Assembly (NCBI GenBank): GCA_001600815.1
Contig: BCKZ01000007.1
Coordinates: 1,098,253 to 1,118,252, forward strand
Source: Alloascoidea hylecoeti
Lineage: Eukaryota
Reading direction: 5' to 3'
Length of the DNA: 20,000 nucleotides
Positions 10,729-19,735 of this stretch are shown one piece after another. The stretch's first letter is position 1; the number at the start of each line of letters is the position of its first letter. The notes beneath the pieces were generated by a model. That model was not told the DNA's origin. It saw nothing but the letters and a program-made list of their open reading frames with translations, and ran no database searches. The translations under genes and the position numbers were made by a program.

Positions 10729-11064
10729 TGTAGTACTCATTTGTGCAAACTTTTCCTCAAAGTTTCATGAATTTGACCATGATCAAGATTATAATTTAAA
10801 GCCAATTCAATTAATGAATGAAATATATGCATATAGGCATATATAAGGGATTATTTATAAGCAAGCAATTAAAATAGATCTCGTTAAATTTAACTCACAT
10901 GAATATATACATATTTTGCTTAGCTAGCGCTAAATTCATATAACTTATAACTTATACCTATAGTCAAGTATGATTAGCTATAAGTTATATCTAGAGATGC
11001 ACATGGAGTATGAATAAGTTACATAAGTTTTACACTATAGCGCTATAATTGGCATAGTACTACG
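10729..11064 (-). mobile_element. Possible degenerate LTR with adjacent polypurine tract
   Basis: Inverted termini TGTAGTACT (10729-10737) and AGTACTACG (11056-11064), 336 bp apart end to end. On the - strand it is preceded by PPT-like TTGAGGGGA (11065-11073). No TSD is visible. Confidence 0.3.
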
Positions 11065-11363
11065 TCCCCTCAAGATTATTATTAACATCAACTTATTGAA
11101 ACCATCTAGTGAGCTAATGAGCTTGGGTTCCTTTACTTTTCACGATTTGTACGGTAATTATGTAAGTATATTACGAGCATCAGCCTATATTTATGGCATA
11201 AGATAGACAGATAATATAACGTTATAATGTTTTATAAACAAGAATATATATATACACATAAAGGATACTAAGTTTAGTTGCTTATTACTTCCCTGTATTT
11301 GCTCTGTAATATAAATGGAGATACTGAACAACACATCAACATCGATATCAGTAATAAATTCAG

Positions 11364-11397
<34 letters not shown>
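11364..11397. repeat. (TA)n microsatellite
   Basis: tatatatacatatatatatatatatatatatata. Confidence 0.9.
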
Positions 11398-12644
11398 ACC
11401 TTATACACCTAAACACTCGGAAATCCGGCAATTTGTTTTACCAATTATAATATTAGTAATTATTATCATAAGATAATTAACATTGTTGTTAATATTACAA
11501 TTGATAAGTATAAATATATCTAGTTAGTGATATAGAAAAAATCTTGTCAATTCAAGCATAATATATTAGCCCATGTATTATTATAATCAAATAACATTCA
11601 GGAATAGCTTTATTTTCTCTTCCTAAATATATGGATATCGCTATTTATCTCTTATTTCGGGTCCTCACTTATAGACTACAGATAGCTTTAGCTCTAATAT
11701 AATGCTGAGTAACAAGGGAATAATACAACTTAAGCTCAAGGTGCTGACAATTTTCCGAAAGAGGTAAATTGGTCTTTAATATTATGCAATTAAATATATT
11801 TTATGCGGTCGCTTGTCCCGAAAATCAATGACATTTCCTAGTTTGCACACATACAGATACTACGCTGTAAACTTATACAATAAAGAATATGCATACATGT
11901 ACATGTAACCTTAAATAATTACACATGGTGTGGATTTTGAAAATGTTACCAAGAACCAATTAATAATATAAATTATATAATAGAGATATATTAAAGATGG
12001 TTATTCCAGAAAATGATTTACATTTGATAATTACTGTACCAATTGAAAAATTTAGTTCTTAGACTTCGATTCTGATGAGGTTACAATTGAGAGCCAGCAT
12101 TATTTTTAAAGGATATAATTATAGCCATTGAATTGCAATTGTTATACATGTATAAGCTTATAGTATCTACATGCAGATATGCCAGCAACCACAACAGGCA
12201 ATTGCAATGTTTTAGAATTGCGATTGAAAAGTATTTTCAAAATCAACCCTTAAGATACCTATAAAGTCAAGGCACAATACTAATGATTTCCAGGTCTACG
12301 GCTGAGTTAATATTATAAATTAATATATTTTAATTGTGACTTTATATATCATATATTAAATTCAATTGATTATTAAATAAATTTTTATTTTTTAATCTAT
12401 ATCTATAATTAACGTTAACTGATTGTGAATGCTATGAATATATAAAAATGGTCTAAATCTGTCTAATCATTATTTGTAAGTTTACTTAAGAAGTAACTTA
12501 GGGTACAACATTGTTTCACTCTGAAAACCCTGCAATTTATAGACATAAAATCCTGATTAAAGGAATAATTCTCAAGGAAATATTACCAAAAAGAATAGAA
12601 ATAATGTTCTCTAACCTATCTAAGTATCACCGGGGACGATTTTA

Positions 12645-13025
12645 GTAGTCGATATGCCATTTACTGCGACGACTTGTTTCAGTCGCTTTTTGAAAGGATA
12701 CGATGAGTTGGTAAAAAAGCGATGGAACTAGCTGATCCCATGATTCTGTATTCTTAAAGACGATTTTTGACCTTCTTGACACCATGCCTCAATGTAGCTA
12801 ACTCAGGATGCTTGTTTTCTGGAACAATTTGGAGGCTGTGCCACACGTTTTCAGTGGGAGTTAGGTCTGGAGAACTTTCAGCCCAACATAGCTGTTCCAA
12901 TTGATTTACTCCCTGGCTTTCTTGATATGTACGTTGGACCATTATCCTGTGAACAAATTACCACATTCCAAAACTTGAATGAAAGGTATTGTTACCCGTT
13001 GTAATACTTCTTTGATCTACACCTC
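12645..13025 (-). pseudogene. Tc1/mariner (Tc1-like DDE) transposase remnant, C-terminal half
   Basis: Across frameshifts on the - strand: IKEVLQRVTIPFI, QDNGPTYISRK (cf. QDNAPxH), CWAESSPDLTPTENVW (cf. WPxxSPDLNPIENLW) and FKKRLKQVVAVNG (cf. MPxRLxAVIxAxG), in the expected order. Confidence 0.85.
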
Positions 13026-13059
13026 TAAATTAATCTTTCCCTGAAACCTCCCTGTAACA

Positions 13060-14000
13060 GCCTAATATCACCAAGGGACACCGGTTACCCCATTGAAGAC
13101 TGCAATATTGTGTGAATGGTGGACAATCAGCATCGACAGCTAAAGAAATCAACTTTGACTGATGCCAAAGAGAACCAACTAACTAACGTGTTACATTAGT
13201 AAACAATAAAGGGGGTGACCGCTGTTGAAGAACTGCTTTATTCTTTCGTACATTAGCTAGTTTATTGAACGAGGGCTTCATTGCACCCACCAAAACCAAC
13301 AAAGAACGTTATTACTGACCAATTGAGTGGATGGCTTTCTCAAGAGGAATATAAGGATTGTTATCAAAAATACTCAAGGTATTAGACGGATATCAGTTTC
13401 TCAGTACAATTAAACAGGACCTTGAACAGTGGTGTAGCTTATAAAGCGTTTGGTGCCTTAATTTCCGAATAGCATTACCAGCCGGAGTGCATTAATAATT
13501 GCGATGAAACATGCCAGCCGGATAGCTGGTACCGTTCATTACATACAGAGGAGCCTGTTAGTCCTCAATTAGCCAAGCTCCATAAACCAATCAAAACAAA
13601 AAGAAGTATATACCGGCGATGATTAAAATAGAGGAATACCTTCTTCTGATATCATTTAGCAGTTCAGGAGGACTGCGAGTTGGCCGTTTAAACGGAGTAT
13701 CTGGTGAAGTCTGTTTCCAGAGGATAGGCATCTTAATATTGATGAAGAATTCAGAAGAGTGTTGCAACAAAGATGAAATGAGAAAAATGTATCGAAAACT
13801 AGTTCTTTTAGCGATGATACTGGCTACACCCCACATCCAGAGGTCGAAAAATAGAAAGGAACAATCAAATACTGTTAGTGGGGGCAAGGGAACTTGCTCA
13901 ATTAAGATTCAGCGGTTGGTGATATTATGAAGAGGGAGAAAACTTATTGGGCTCAGGATAAATACGATCAAAAACAGAGGAAAAAAAAGAAGAAATCCTC
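13060..14000 (+). pseudogene. pogo/Fot1-type transposase remnant (CENP-B-like HTH plus start of the DDE domain; catalytic core apparently deleted)
   Basis: With stops and frameshifts: LTDAKENQL (cf. LTxxEExxL), VDGFLKRN (cf. WVxRFLKRH), DLEQW, and LISE*HYQPECINNCDET ending at 13511 (cf. IxPENIYNxDETG). The basic 13619-13930 ORF may be a C-terminal remnant. The extent past 13511 is uncertain. Confidence 0.7.
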
Positions 14001-14882
14001 CAACTTTGAATTAAAAACAAAAGAACACGTACAAAATTGTCAGCAGAATCTGTAAGGATTATAGGTAGCTTCTCTATACCAAATATCTAGTTAATTCATG
14101 TTTTTTTGGTGATGTTGGTGGTTGATTTAACAAACACTTGTCTTGGAGTAGCCAATTATACTAAACCTTATACTACTTTACGTATACCAATTGGAAATTT
14201 TTTTTTTTGGTATAATTTAATGTGCGCATAGCTAGAATTTAGGTTCAACTCAATTGCAAACATCTAGCTATGGAAACTCATTTAACTGCTTTAATGAATC
14301 TATTTTGTTCTATGCATAGTACACACTAATTATGAGACAGTATAACAATCGATTATTCAGGTTAGAGTCAGACCAATAAATAATGTCATAGTACTAGTTC
14401 CTTCTCTCCTACTATGATATCACGTATACTTTACGTACAAGTTATTCTTCAAGTATAAAACCGCTAAACTAGTGGTATGTCATATATCCTCATAATAATC
14501 ATATTATAGTATTATAAATTTGAGACCCTTTGGTGTCAGTATGACTCAGTAATACTCATGATCAGTATTGTTAGAAATAACGTTAGAATAATAATTTATA
14601 ATTATGTGCTGGTCACAATATTGACTATAAACGATTGAAAATTTTAAAAGAAAATTTTAAAATTTAAAATAACCGTTACATATTATCATCTTATAAGAAA
14701 AATCAATATCTGATGATTCTTGATCTAGCTCTATCTTCTAAAAATAGGATTTTATATTGAAGGTTTGATTATAATAATTTTTCACAATTAATCTATAATT
14801 TCGAGGAAGTCAAAAAATTGAAATTGTATGTAATCAAGTATACACTACCTACTTGTACCAAGTAAGCCAAAGTACTTTGCGT

Positions 14883-15244
14883 AAATATCGACCACTTGCT
14901 GACTTTACTATTCGCCCATAATTACATAATTATTCGCATTCCAGCTTAATTAGTAATTAAACAAAGTAAGATAGTAATATTAGACCATATGACACAATAG
15001 ATATCAGCCATGCTTCAAACTAAATATTGGACCACGTCATGGTTTAAGGCTCGACCGCTTCTTGGATAAATTATTCCTCCACTTTTTCAATTAAATATTC
15101 GACCACCTCTAAATTAAACATCAGGCCACGTCATGGATCAAGGTTCTACCACTTCTTGAATTTACTATTCGACTACCTCACCTATTAAATATTCAGTCAC
15201 ACCTTAAATTAATATTAAACAGCCCCACACTAACCTTCGACCGC
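14883..15244 (+). repeat. Periodic array of ~16 degenerate units (period 23-24 bp, core ~AATATTCGACCAC)
   Basis: Cores end at 14895, 14919, ~14942, ~14965, 14988, 15011, 15035, 15058, 15082, 15106, 15129, 15152, 15176, 15200, ~15223 and 15244. Those marked ~ are very degenerate. Confidence 0.8.
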
Positions 15245-15342
15245 CTATACTTTCAAGCGAAATACATGTTGATCATTTTTAATACATTCACATACAGTAC
15301 ACATTTTATTCAAGGCTAGTACACAATTATTGATCATGATAG

Positions 15343-15610
15343 TCAGTATAAATTATATTTATTTCCATGTAATGGTATATTGCAATAAAAATTTTCTTTT
15401 TTCAAAGATTTACAAATAAACTCAGTAACACGTCCATGTACATGGTAGCAGGTTGGTAATACGTACCGCCGTTCTAGTGAGATTTTCAATGCTGCTTCCA
15501 TGATTTTTTGGAAGGATTCATTTTTCTCTAAAGAGAAGTTTCTAAATGTTGCCTCAATAAAATTCCCAGATATTGTAAAAGAATACTTGGTGAAGAGAAT
15601 GTAGTCGAAC
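15343..15610 (-). pseudogene. Possible degenerate IS630/Tc1-type transposase C-terminus between the inverted arms
   Basis: LFTKYSFTISGNFIEATF...FQKIMEAALKISLE...KSLKKENF loosely resembles FLPPYSPxLNPIExxF...RIxEAxxxI...CLxxE. Similarity judged by eye only. Confidence 0.35.
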
Positions 15611-15845
15611 AAGTATACAGCTAGCACTTGTTAAAAGTTTGAAAGTACTGGTGACCGAAAATTAGTGTAGGGCTGTTTAATATTAACTTAAGGTGTGACT
15701 GAATATTTAATAGGTGAGGTAGTCGAATAGTAAATTCAAGAAGTGGTAGAACCTTTATCCATGCCCTGATGTTTAATTTAAGGTACGCCCATTTCATCCT
15801 AATTACATGTATTTGACCATTGAAGCATCAAACGCTTTATACCAC

Positions 15846-16067
15846 CAGTTTTTCCACTCTTAATTCGCCATATTGGCTAGCCATTTTCGTTATTTATGTA
15901 TGTGTGTCTTCGGCATTATGAATTTTAATATTTCGTCACACGGATGACACATATTACGTCACCAAAATCGAAGTGGCGAACTTATTGTACTACGTATTGT
16001 CGAAAACACACATACATAAATAACAAAAACGGCTCGCCAATATGGCGAATTCAGAGTGGAAAAACTG
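15846..16067. mobile_element. MITE (222 bp, near-complete palindrome; Tc1/pogo-type CAGT...ACTG ends)
   Basis: The left arm CAGTTTTTCCACTCTTAATTCGCCATATTGGCTAGCCATTTTCGTTATTTATGTATGTGTGTCTTCGGCA pairs with 15998-16067 (~70 bp, 6 mismatches), with weaker pairing to ~100 bp. TA follows the right end; the left flank is AC rather than TA. Confidence 0.85.
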
Positions 16068-16069
16068 TA

Positions 16070-16104
16070 CAGTACTTTGCGTAAATATTGACCACATGTT
16101 GACC
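16070..16104 (+). mobile_element. Isolated second copy of the long-TIR element terminus
   Basis: CAGTACTTTGCGTAAATATTGACCACATGTTGAC matches 14871-14903 (AGTACTTTGCGTAAATATCGACCACTTGCTGAC) and is preceded by TA. Confidence 0.75.
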
Positions 16105-16114
16105 TAAATAATAA

Positions 16115-16432
16115 TAATAATCGATAAAACTAATAAAGTAAAATAGTTTAAATAAAGTAAATTGTATATTAAAGAGAAATAAGAAAAAGTGGAGAACCAA
16201 AATCAAAAATAGAGGATTTAGCTTAGAGCTATGTAAACATTATAAACGAATAGTAAAGTGGGCTGAGTATATTTTAAGTGAATATTAAATGGTGTGGTAA
16301 CTATGGGAGAGATCGGAAGATACTCCGAGCACGGAAATGATAAGTCACATGTAAATGTAATAGTCATCAGAGTGAGGGTAGCTTTGTTGAAATATTGTAT
16401 CAAACAATGGTTCATAATTCACGAGTAATACA
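16115..16432 (-). mobile_element. Degenerate solo LTR related to the 18552-18875 LTR
   Basis: The reverse complement of 16115-16195 (CTCCACTTTTTCTTATTTCTCTTTAATATACAATTTACTTTA...TTTTACTTTATTAGTTTTATCGATTA) aligns with 18801-18875. The far end (TG on - at 16432) and the possible TAATA TSD are ambiguous. Confidence 0.6.
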
Positions 16433-16439
16433 TAATAAG

Positions 16440-16606
16440 AAATATCAATTTTATATGGTTAGATAGCTAAATTTCAATATAAAAGAAGAGTCGAATCCTG
16501 ATTTGAATTTGACTCTTCACCCTTTTCATTTTTACTTTACTTACACAGTACTATTAATTCTATACAGAACTACTATTACTACTTCTATCTATTGACGAAT
16601 CTCACA
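16440..16606 (+). mobile_element. 3' part of a solo LTR
   Basis: TATAAAA at 16478-16484, hairpin at 16485-16518, T-rich tract, and a ...CTCACA end at 16606 just before an RT fragment. The layout matches the TSD-validated 18552-18875 LTR. Confidence 0.5.
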
Positions 16607-16609
16607 CCG

Positions 16610-16711
16610 CAAATTATAAGGGTATTTACTGTCAAGAATGAGATTAATCAGGGCCGTTTCAAGGGAAGGATTGTTGCTAAAGGTTATAAGCAGGAGCTAG
16701 GACAGGACTTT
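16610..16711 (+). pseudogene. Ty1/copia reverse transcriptase fragment (second element)
   Basis: Translates to QIIRVFTVKNEINQGRFKGRIVAKGYKQELGQDF, matching the WVFxxK...FKARLVAKGYxQxxGxDF copia motif. Confidence 0.85.
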
Positions 16712-18128
16712 TATTATAAATATTTGTTTCTTCAATAATCATTGAAAGTATATGTTTAATGAAAATAAGGTTTTAATAAAAATAAAAGATTTTATTTAAT
16801 TTGAAGATTTGATAATAACATAAAGTGTAAAGATAAAAACAGCATGTAAAATAAAATAATAGCAGATAACAATAAACCAAATGAAGTGTTTAAAAGTAGA
16901 TCTAACTTTTTGTAAATAAAATATTTGTTTTAAATGCCTTTCATATAATAAAAAGTTTATTTAGAAATTTTTGTTATAATTCTTTAGAAAATGAGTAGTT
17001 TAAAATGAATTGGAACCATAACAAAGTAGTATAAAAATAAAAGTATTTTTAAGTCTCATATTTAAATATAATAATTCATTTAATTTATTAATTTCAAAGT
17101 TAAATCTTGAAATCTGATATGACCTAATGGCTTAGTTAAAAAGCCACTTAAGTTATCATTTGTCTTGATATAAAATAAAGTTATTATACCTAATCTTATT
17201 TTTTCTGATATAAATAAGTATCTTAACTCAAAGTGTTTGATTTTTCTTAAACCATTACTTGCAATTTGTAGAGCAGAAATATTATCATTAATACCATTGA
17301 TTTTTATATTCATCATCTCCACTTCCATAAGTCATAAGTAGATTCTTTATACCTAATGTATGTTTATGAGCATCTGATAGTGCANAAAATTCAGCTTCAC
17401 AAGTGCTTAAAGTTATATTATCTAATTTCTTAGATTTGAATGATATTAGATTTCCGTTCAACAATATTAGGAATCCATATTGTGATTTCCTATTTTCTGT
17501 GCCATCAGCCCAAGTTGCATCTGAAATCACATCCAAAGTATTTTTGTTCATTATTCTCTCCTTAGGTAGCTTCGTGATTGGATCATAAGTTTTTAATTTA
17601 ATTCCATTATTTGAATATGTTATTCCAATCGATTTTGTACTGATTGCATACTTCAAAATTCTATAAGCCATTCTTAAATTAGATTTAGTAGGTGCAGCAA
17701 GTCTTTGAGCGAGTAAAAATACAGACAAACAAAGATCCACTCTTACAGTGCTAACCATATAGTTTAGAATACCAATCAATTGTTGGTAAACCTTAATTTT
17801 GTCTATTGTTAATAGTTTTGATTCTGTTCTGGGATTGTAATTATCCGATAATGGATTTTTATACACCTTCATGTCCTGTAACTTCTTTTCTTCTTGTGTC
17901 TTTTTGGAGTATTATTCTAAAGATATTTTTAATGCATTTGAAGTATTATCCCTCCTAATATCCATTCCTAGGAACATTTTTGGAAAACCCATATATTTAA
18001 CATTGAATACTTCTGATAGACAGTTCTGAATCTTAATAGTATCCAAATAATTAACACAGATTAATTCATCGTCTACATAGATAAGAACCCTGATATTTGT
18101 ACCTGGTTTATAAAAGAAACGCGGATCC

Positions 18129-18389
18129 TGCTATAGTGGCGTACTAATCGTGATACTAGTCTTACTGTGTATTAGTATATATATAGTCCGATTAAAGCTT
18201 GGTCCTTCCTTAACAAGTGGGTCACAAGTCCTTATATGGTGGGGAGATGATCCCATGCTTAGAAGATCTCATGATCTTCAATGAGAGAACGCAGCTTTTC
18301 GTGAGATCCACAAGATGTGTGATCGAGTGAGAGAAGCTTTGAGAAAACATGTGATCAGCTCTTTGTCATATATGGCCGAATATGTAACA
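18129..18389. mobile_element. Solo LTR, 261 bp, inserted in RT
   Basis: TG...GTAACA termini and a perfect 5-bp TSD GATCC at 18124-18128 and 18390-18394. Removing it restores the RT codons V-D-P-R-F-F-Y. Confidence 0.9.
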
Positions 18390-18551
18390 GATCCACAAAA
18401 TAAATTTGTAAGTTGTAATAGTAATAGGTGATTGCTTAAGGCCATATAATGAACGACGGAGTCTCCAAATACAATTAGGTTTTGACTTCACATCAGGTGG
18501 AGGATGCATGTATATACACTCACTTAGTTTTGATGAAAGAAACGCCGTTTT

Positions 18552-18875
18552 TGTTGTTATTTCAATTTTAATTAACTTATTTCATGCTTACATATCCGAT
18601 ATGCAGTGCAGATCAATCATCAAATGATCTACATATGTTTCAGATTTATATTAAACTACATGCCTTGCATATTAGATATGCAGGGGTTACGTGGTCATTC
18701 ATATACTACAGCAAGCCCCTTAATATTATTGCCACCTCCTTATTATTATTTAGCCTATATAGTTACATATATAAGACAGTTAAATCCATTGGATTTAACT
18801 CTCTACTTTTTCTTATTCCTATTTAATATACTATTTACTTTATCTTTTTTACTCTATCAGTTTTACCGATTAATA
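18552..18875 (+). mobile_element. Solo LTR, 324 bp, inserted in RT
   Basis: Starts TGTTG and ends TTAATA (a CA>TA change is inferred). TSD GTTTT at 18547-18551 and 18876-18880; removing it restores FDVKTAFL. Internal TATATAA at 18768-18774 and palindrome AGTTAAATCC-ATT-GGATTTAACT at 18778-18800. Confidence 0.88.
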
Positions 18876-19449
18876 GTTTTCACATCAAATGGGACAATGG
18901 TTTCATCAGGCTTCTGTGGTGTGTAAAGATAATAATGTTCGTAAACTATAGTGGGAAGAGACCGGAGAGTACGTTGAAGAGAAATTTATGCTTTTTTCTT
19001 GTGAAAAACCCTTGGCGACTAGTCTTGCCTTTTAAAAAGGTTTTGAATCAAGAGGTTTTAGTGCATAAACCCACCTAGAACTGAAAATAGAAGATTTATG
19101 AACATATTCATAAGTTTCTTCAAAAACATTATTATCACGTAAACTTTGTAATTCATTATCCATTGCTTTAAGCCAGTCTTATTTGTGGGTAGATTGAAGT
19201 ACATCATTGTAGGTTTTTGGGATAATTTCAGTAGTTGATGGCATTAACAATAAGGATCCATCATCTTCTTTCAGTGTCAAAATAATGTGATAGATATTTG
19301 TCTAGAATATTTAAGGAATTTGGAGAGTTATTCTGCTTATTCTTAATGTTTTTAGCCACATGTAAATTTTTGGGTTTTGTAACTAACTATCTTTAAAGAT
19401 TGCAAATCATGCATTTCTATCTTACCTGTCATCTTCATTTTATATTTGA

Positions 19450-19670
19450 AGACTTTCTATTTCTACGTGATTTATCATGTGATTTTCCGTCTATCCGTTT
19501 AATATAAAAAACTTTTAACTTTTAATAGTTAAGAAATATGAATAAGATAAAGGATAGAGAAAGAAATCCTGAGGTGGATTTCTTTTCTTTTTATATTACT
19601 TTTTAACTATCTAACTTATATAAATTAAGATATTATTAATTTGCATATGTTGCTAAATATAGTTTCAACA
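19450..19670 (+). mobile_element. LTR remnant (5' boundary not resolved)
   Basis: TATAAAAA at ~19503, hairpin AAAGAAATCC-TGAGGT-GGATTTCTTT at 19560-19585, T-rich tract, and a TTTCAACA end at 19670. Confidence 0.5.
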
Positions 19671-19735
19671 TTCTCAGTATTTTAAGGCATATGCAAATTG
19701 TAAAGTAATCAATAAAAATAATAATTGTTGAATAG

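Larger units (their letters stand above)
14871..15780. mobile_element. Long-TIR (foldback-like) Tc1/mariner-type defective element; right arm truncated
   Basis: Inverted arms 15110-15256 and 15639-15780, of which 68 bp (15140-15207) match exactly. The left arm extends out to AGTACTTTGCGTAAATATCGACCAC at 14871, which recurs at 16068 as TA|CAGTACTTTGCGTAAATATTGACCAC, a Tc1-like terminus. Confidence 0.75.
17080..19290 (-). pseudogene. Ty1/copia (possibly Ty5-like) retrotransposon pol RT-RNase H pseudogene in three pieces: ~19290-18876, 18551-18390, 18128-17080
   Basis: In order on the - strand: PKTYNDVLQ..WLKAMDNELQSL, SRWVY..KARLVAKGFSQ (KARLVAKG at 19031-19008), TYSPV, FDVKTAFL, IYMHPP, SLYGLKQSP (18452-18426), VDP, YVDD (18079-18068), FLGMDI, YQQLIGILNY, then RNase H SDATWAD, STCEAEF, DNISAL, KHFELRY, FLTKPL. 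It carries in-frame stops (e.g. 19032-19034, 17912-17914) and frameshifts. Confidence 0.95.

Noticed and set aside
14883..15244. CRISPR-like repeat-spacer array
   Set aside because: The cores are ~13 bp and degenerate, the spacers are only ~10 bp and partly duplicated, there are no cas genes, and the context is eukaryotic. The array also forms one arm of an inverted repeat.
16097..16102. TGTTGA as the terminus of the 16115-16432 LTR
   Set aside because: It aligns with TGCTGA in the 14871 copy of the DNA-transposon end, and homology to the 18552-18875 LTR stops near 16115.
17288..17340. Programmed frameshift between the two RNase H ORFs
   Set aside because: Copia pol is a single frame in this region and the element has other stops and indels. 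Decay or an assembly error (there is an N at 17384) explains it better.
18881..18884. CACA as the 3' end of the 18552 LTR
   Set aside because: These bases encode part of the RT F-D-V-K motif on the - strand. The GTTTT TSD places the LTR end at 18875.
16218..18926. ORFs 16218-16415, 17403-17588, 18584-18826 and 18606-18926
   Set aside because: They lie within LTRs or antisense to pol. Their hydrophobic composition reflects T-rich LTR sequence.
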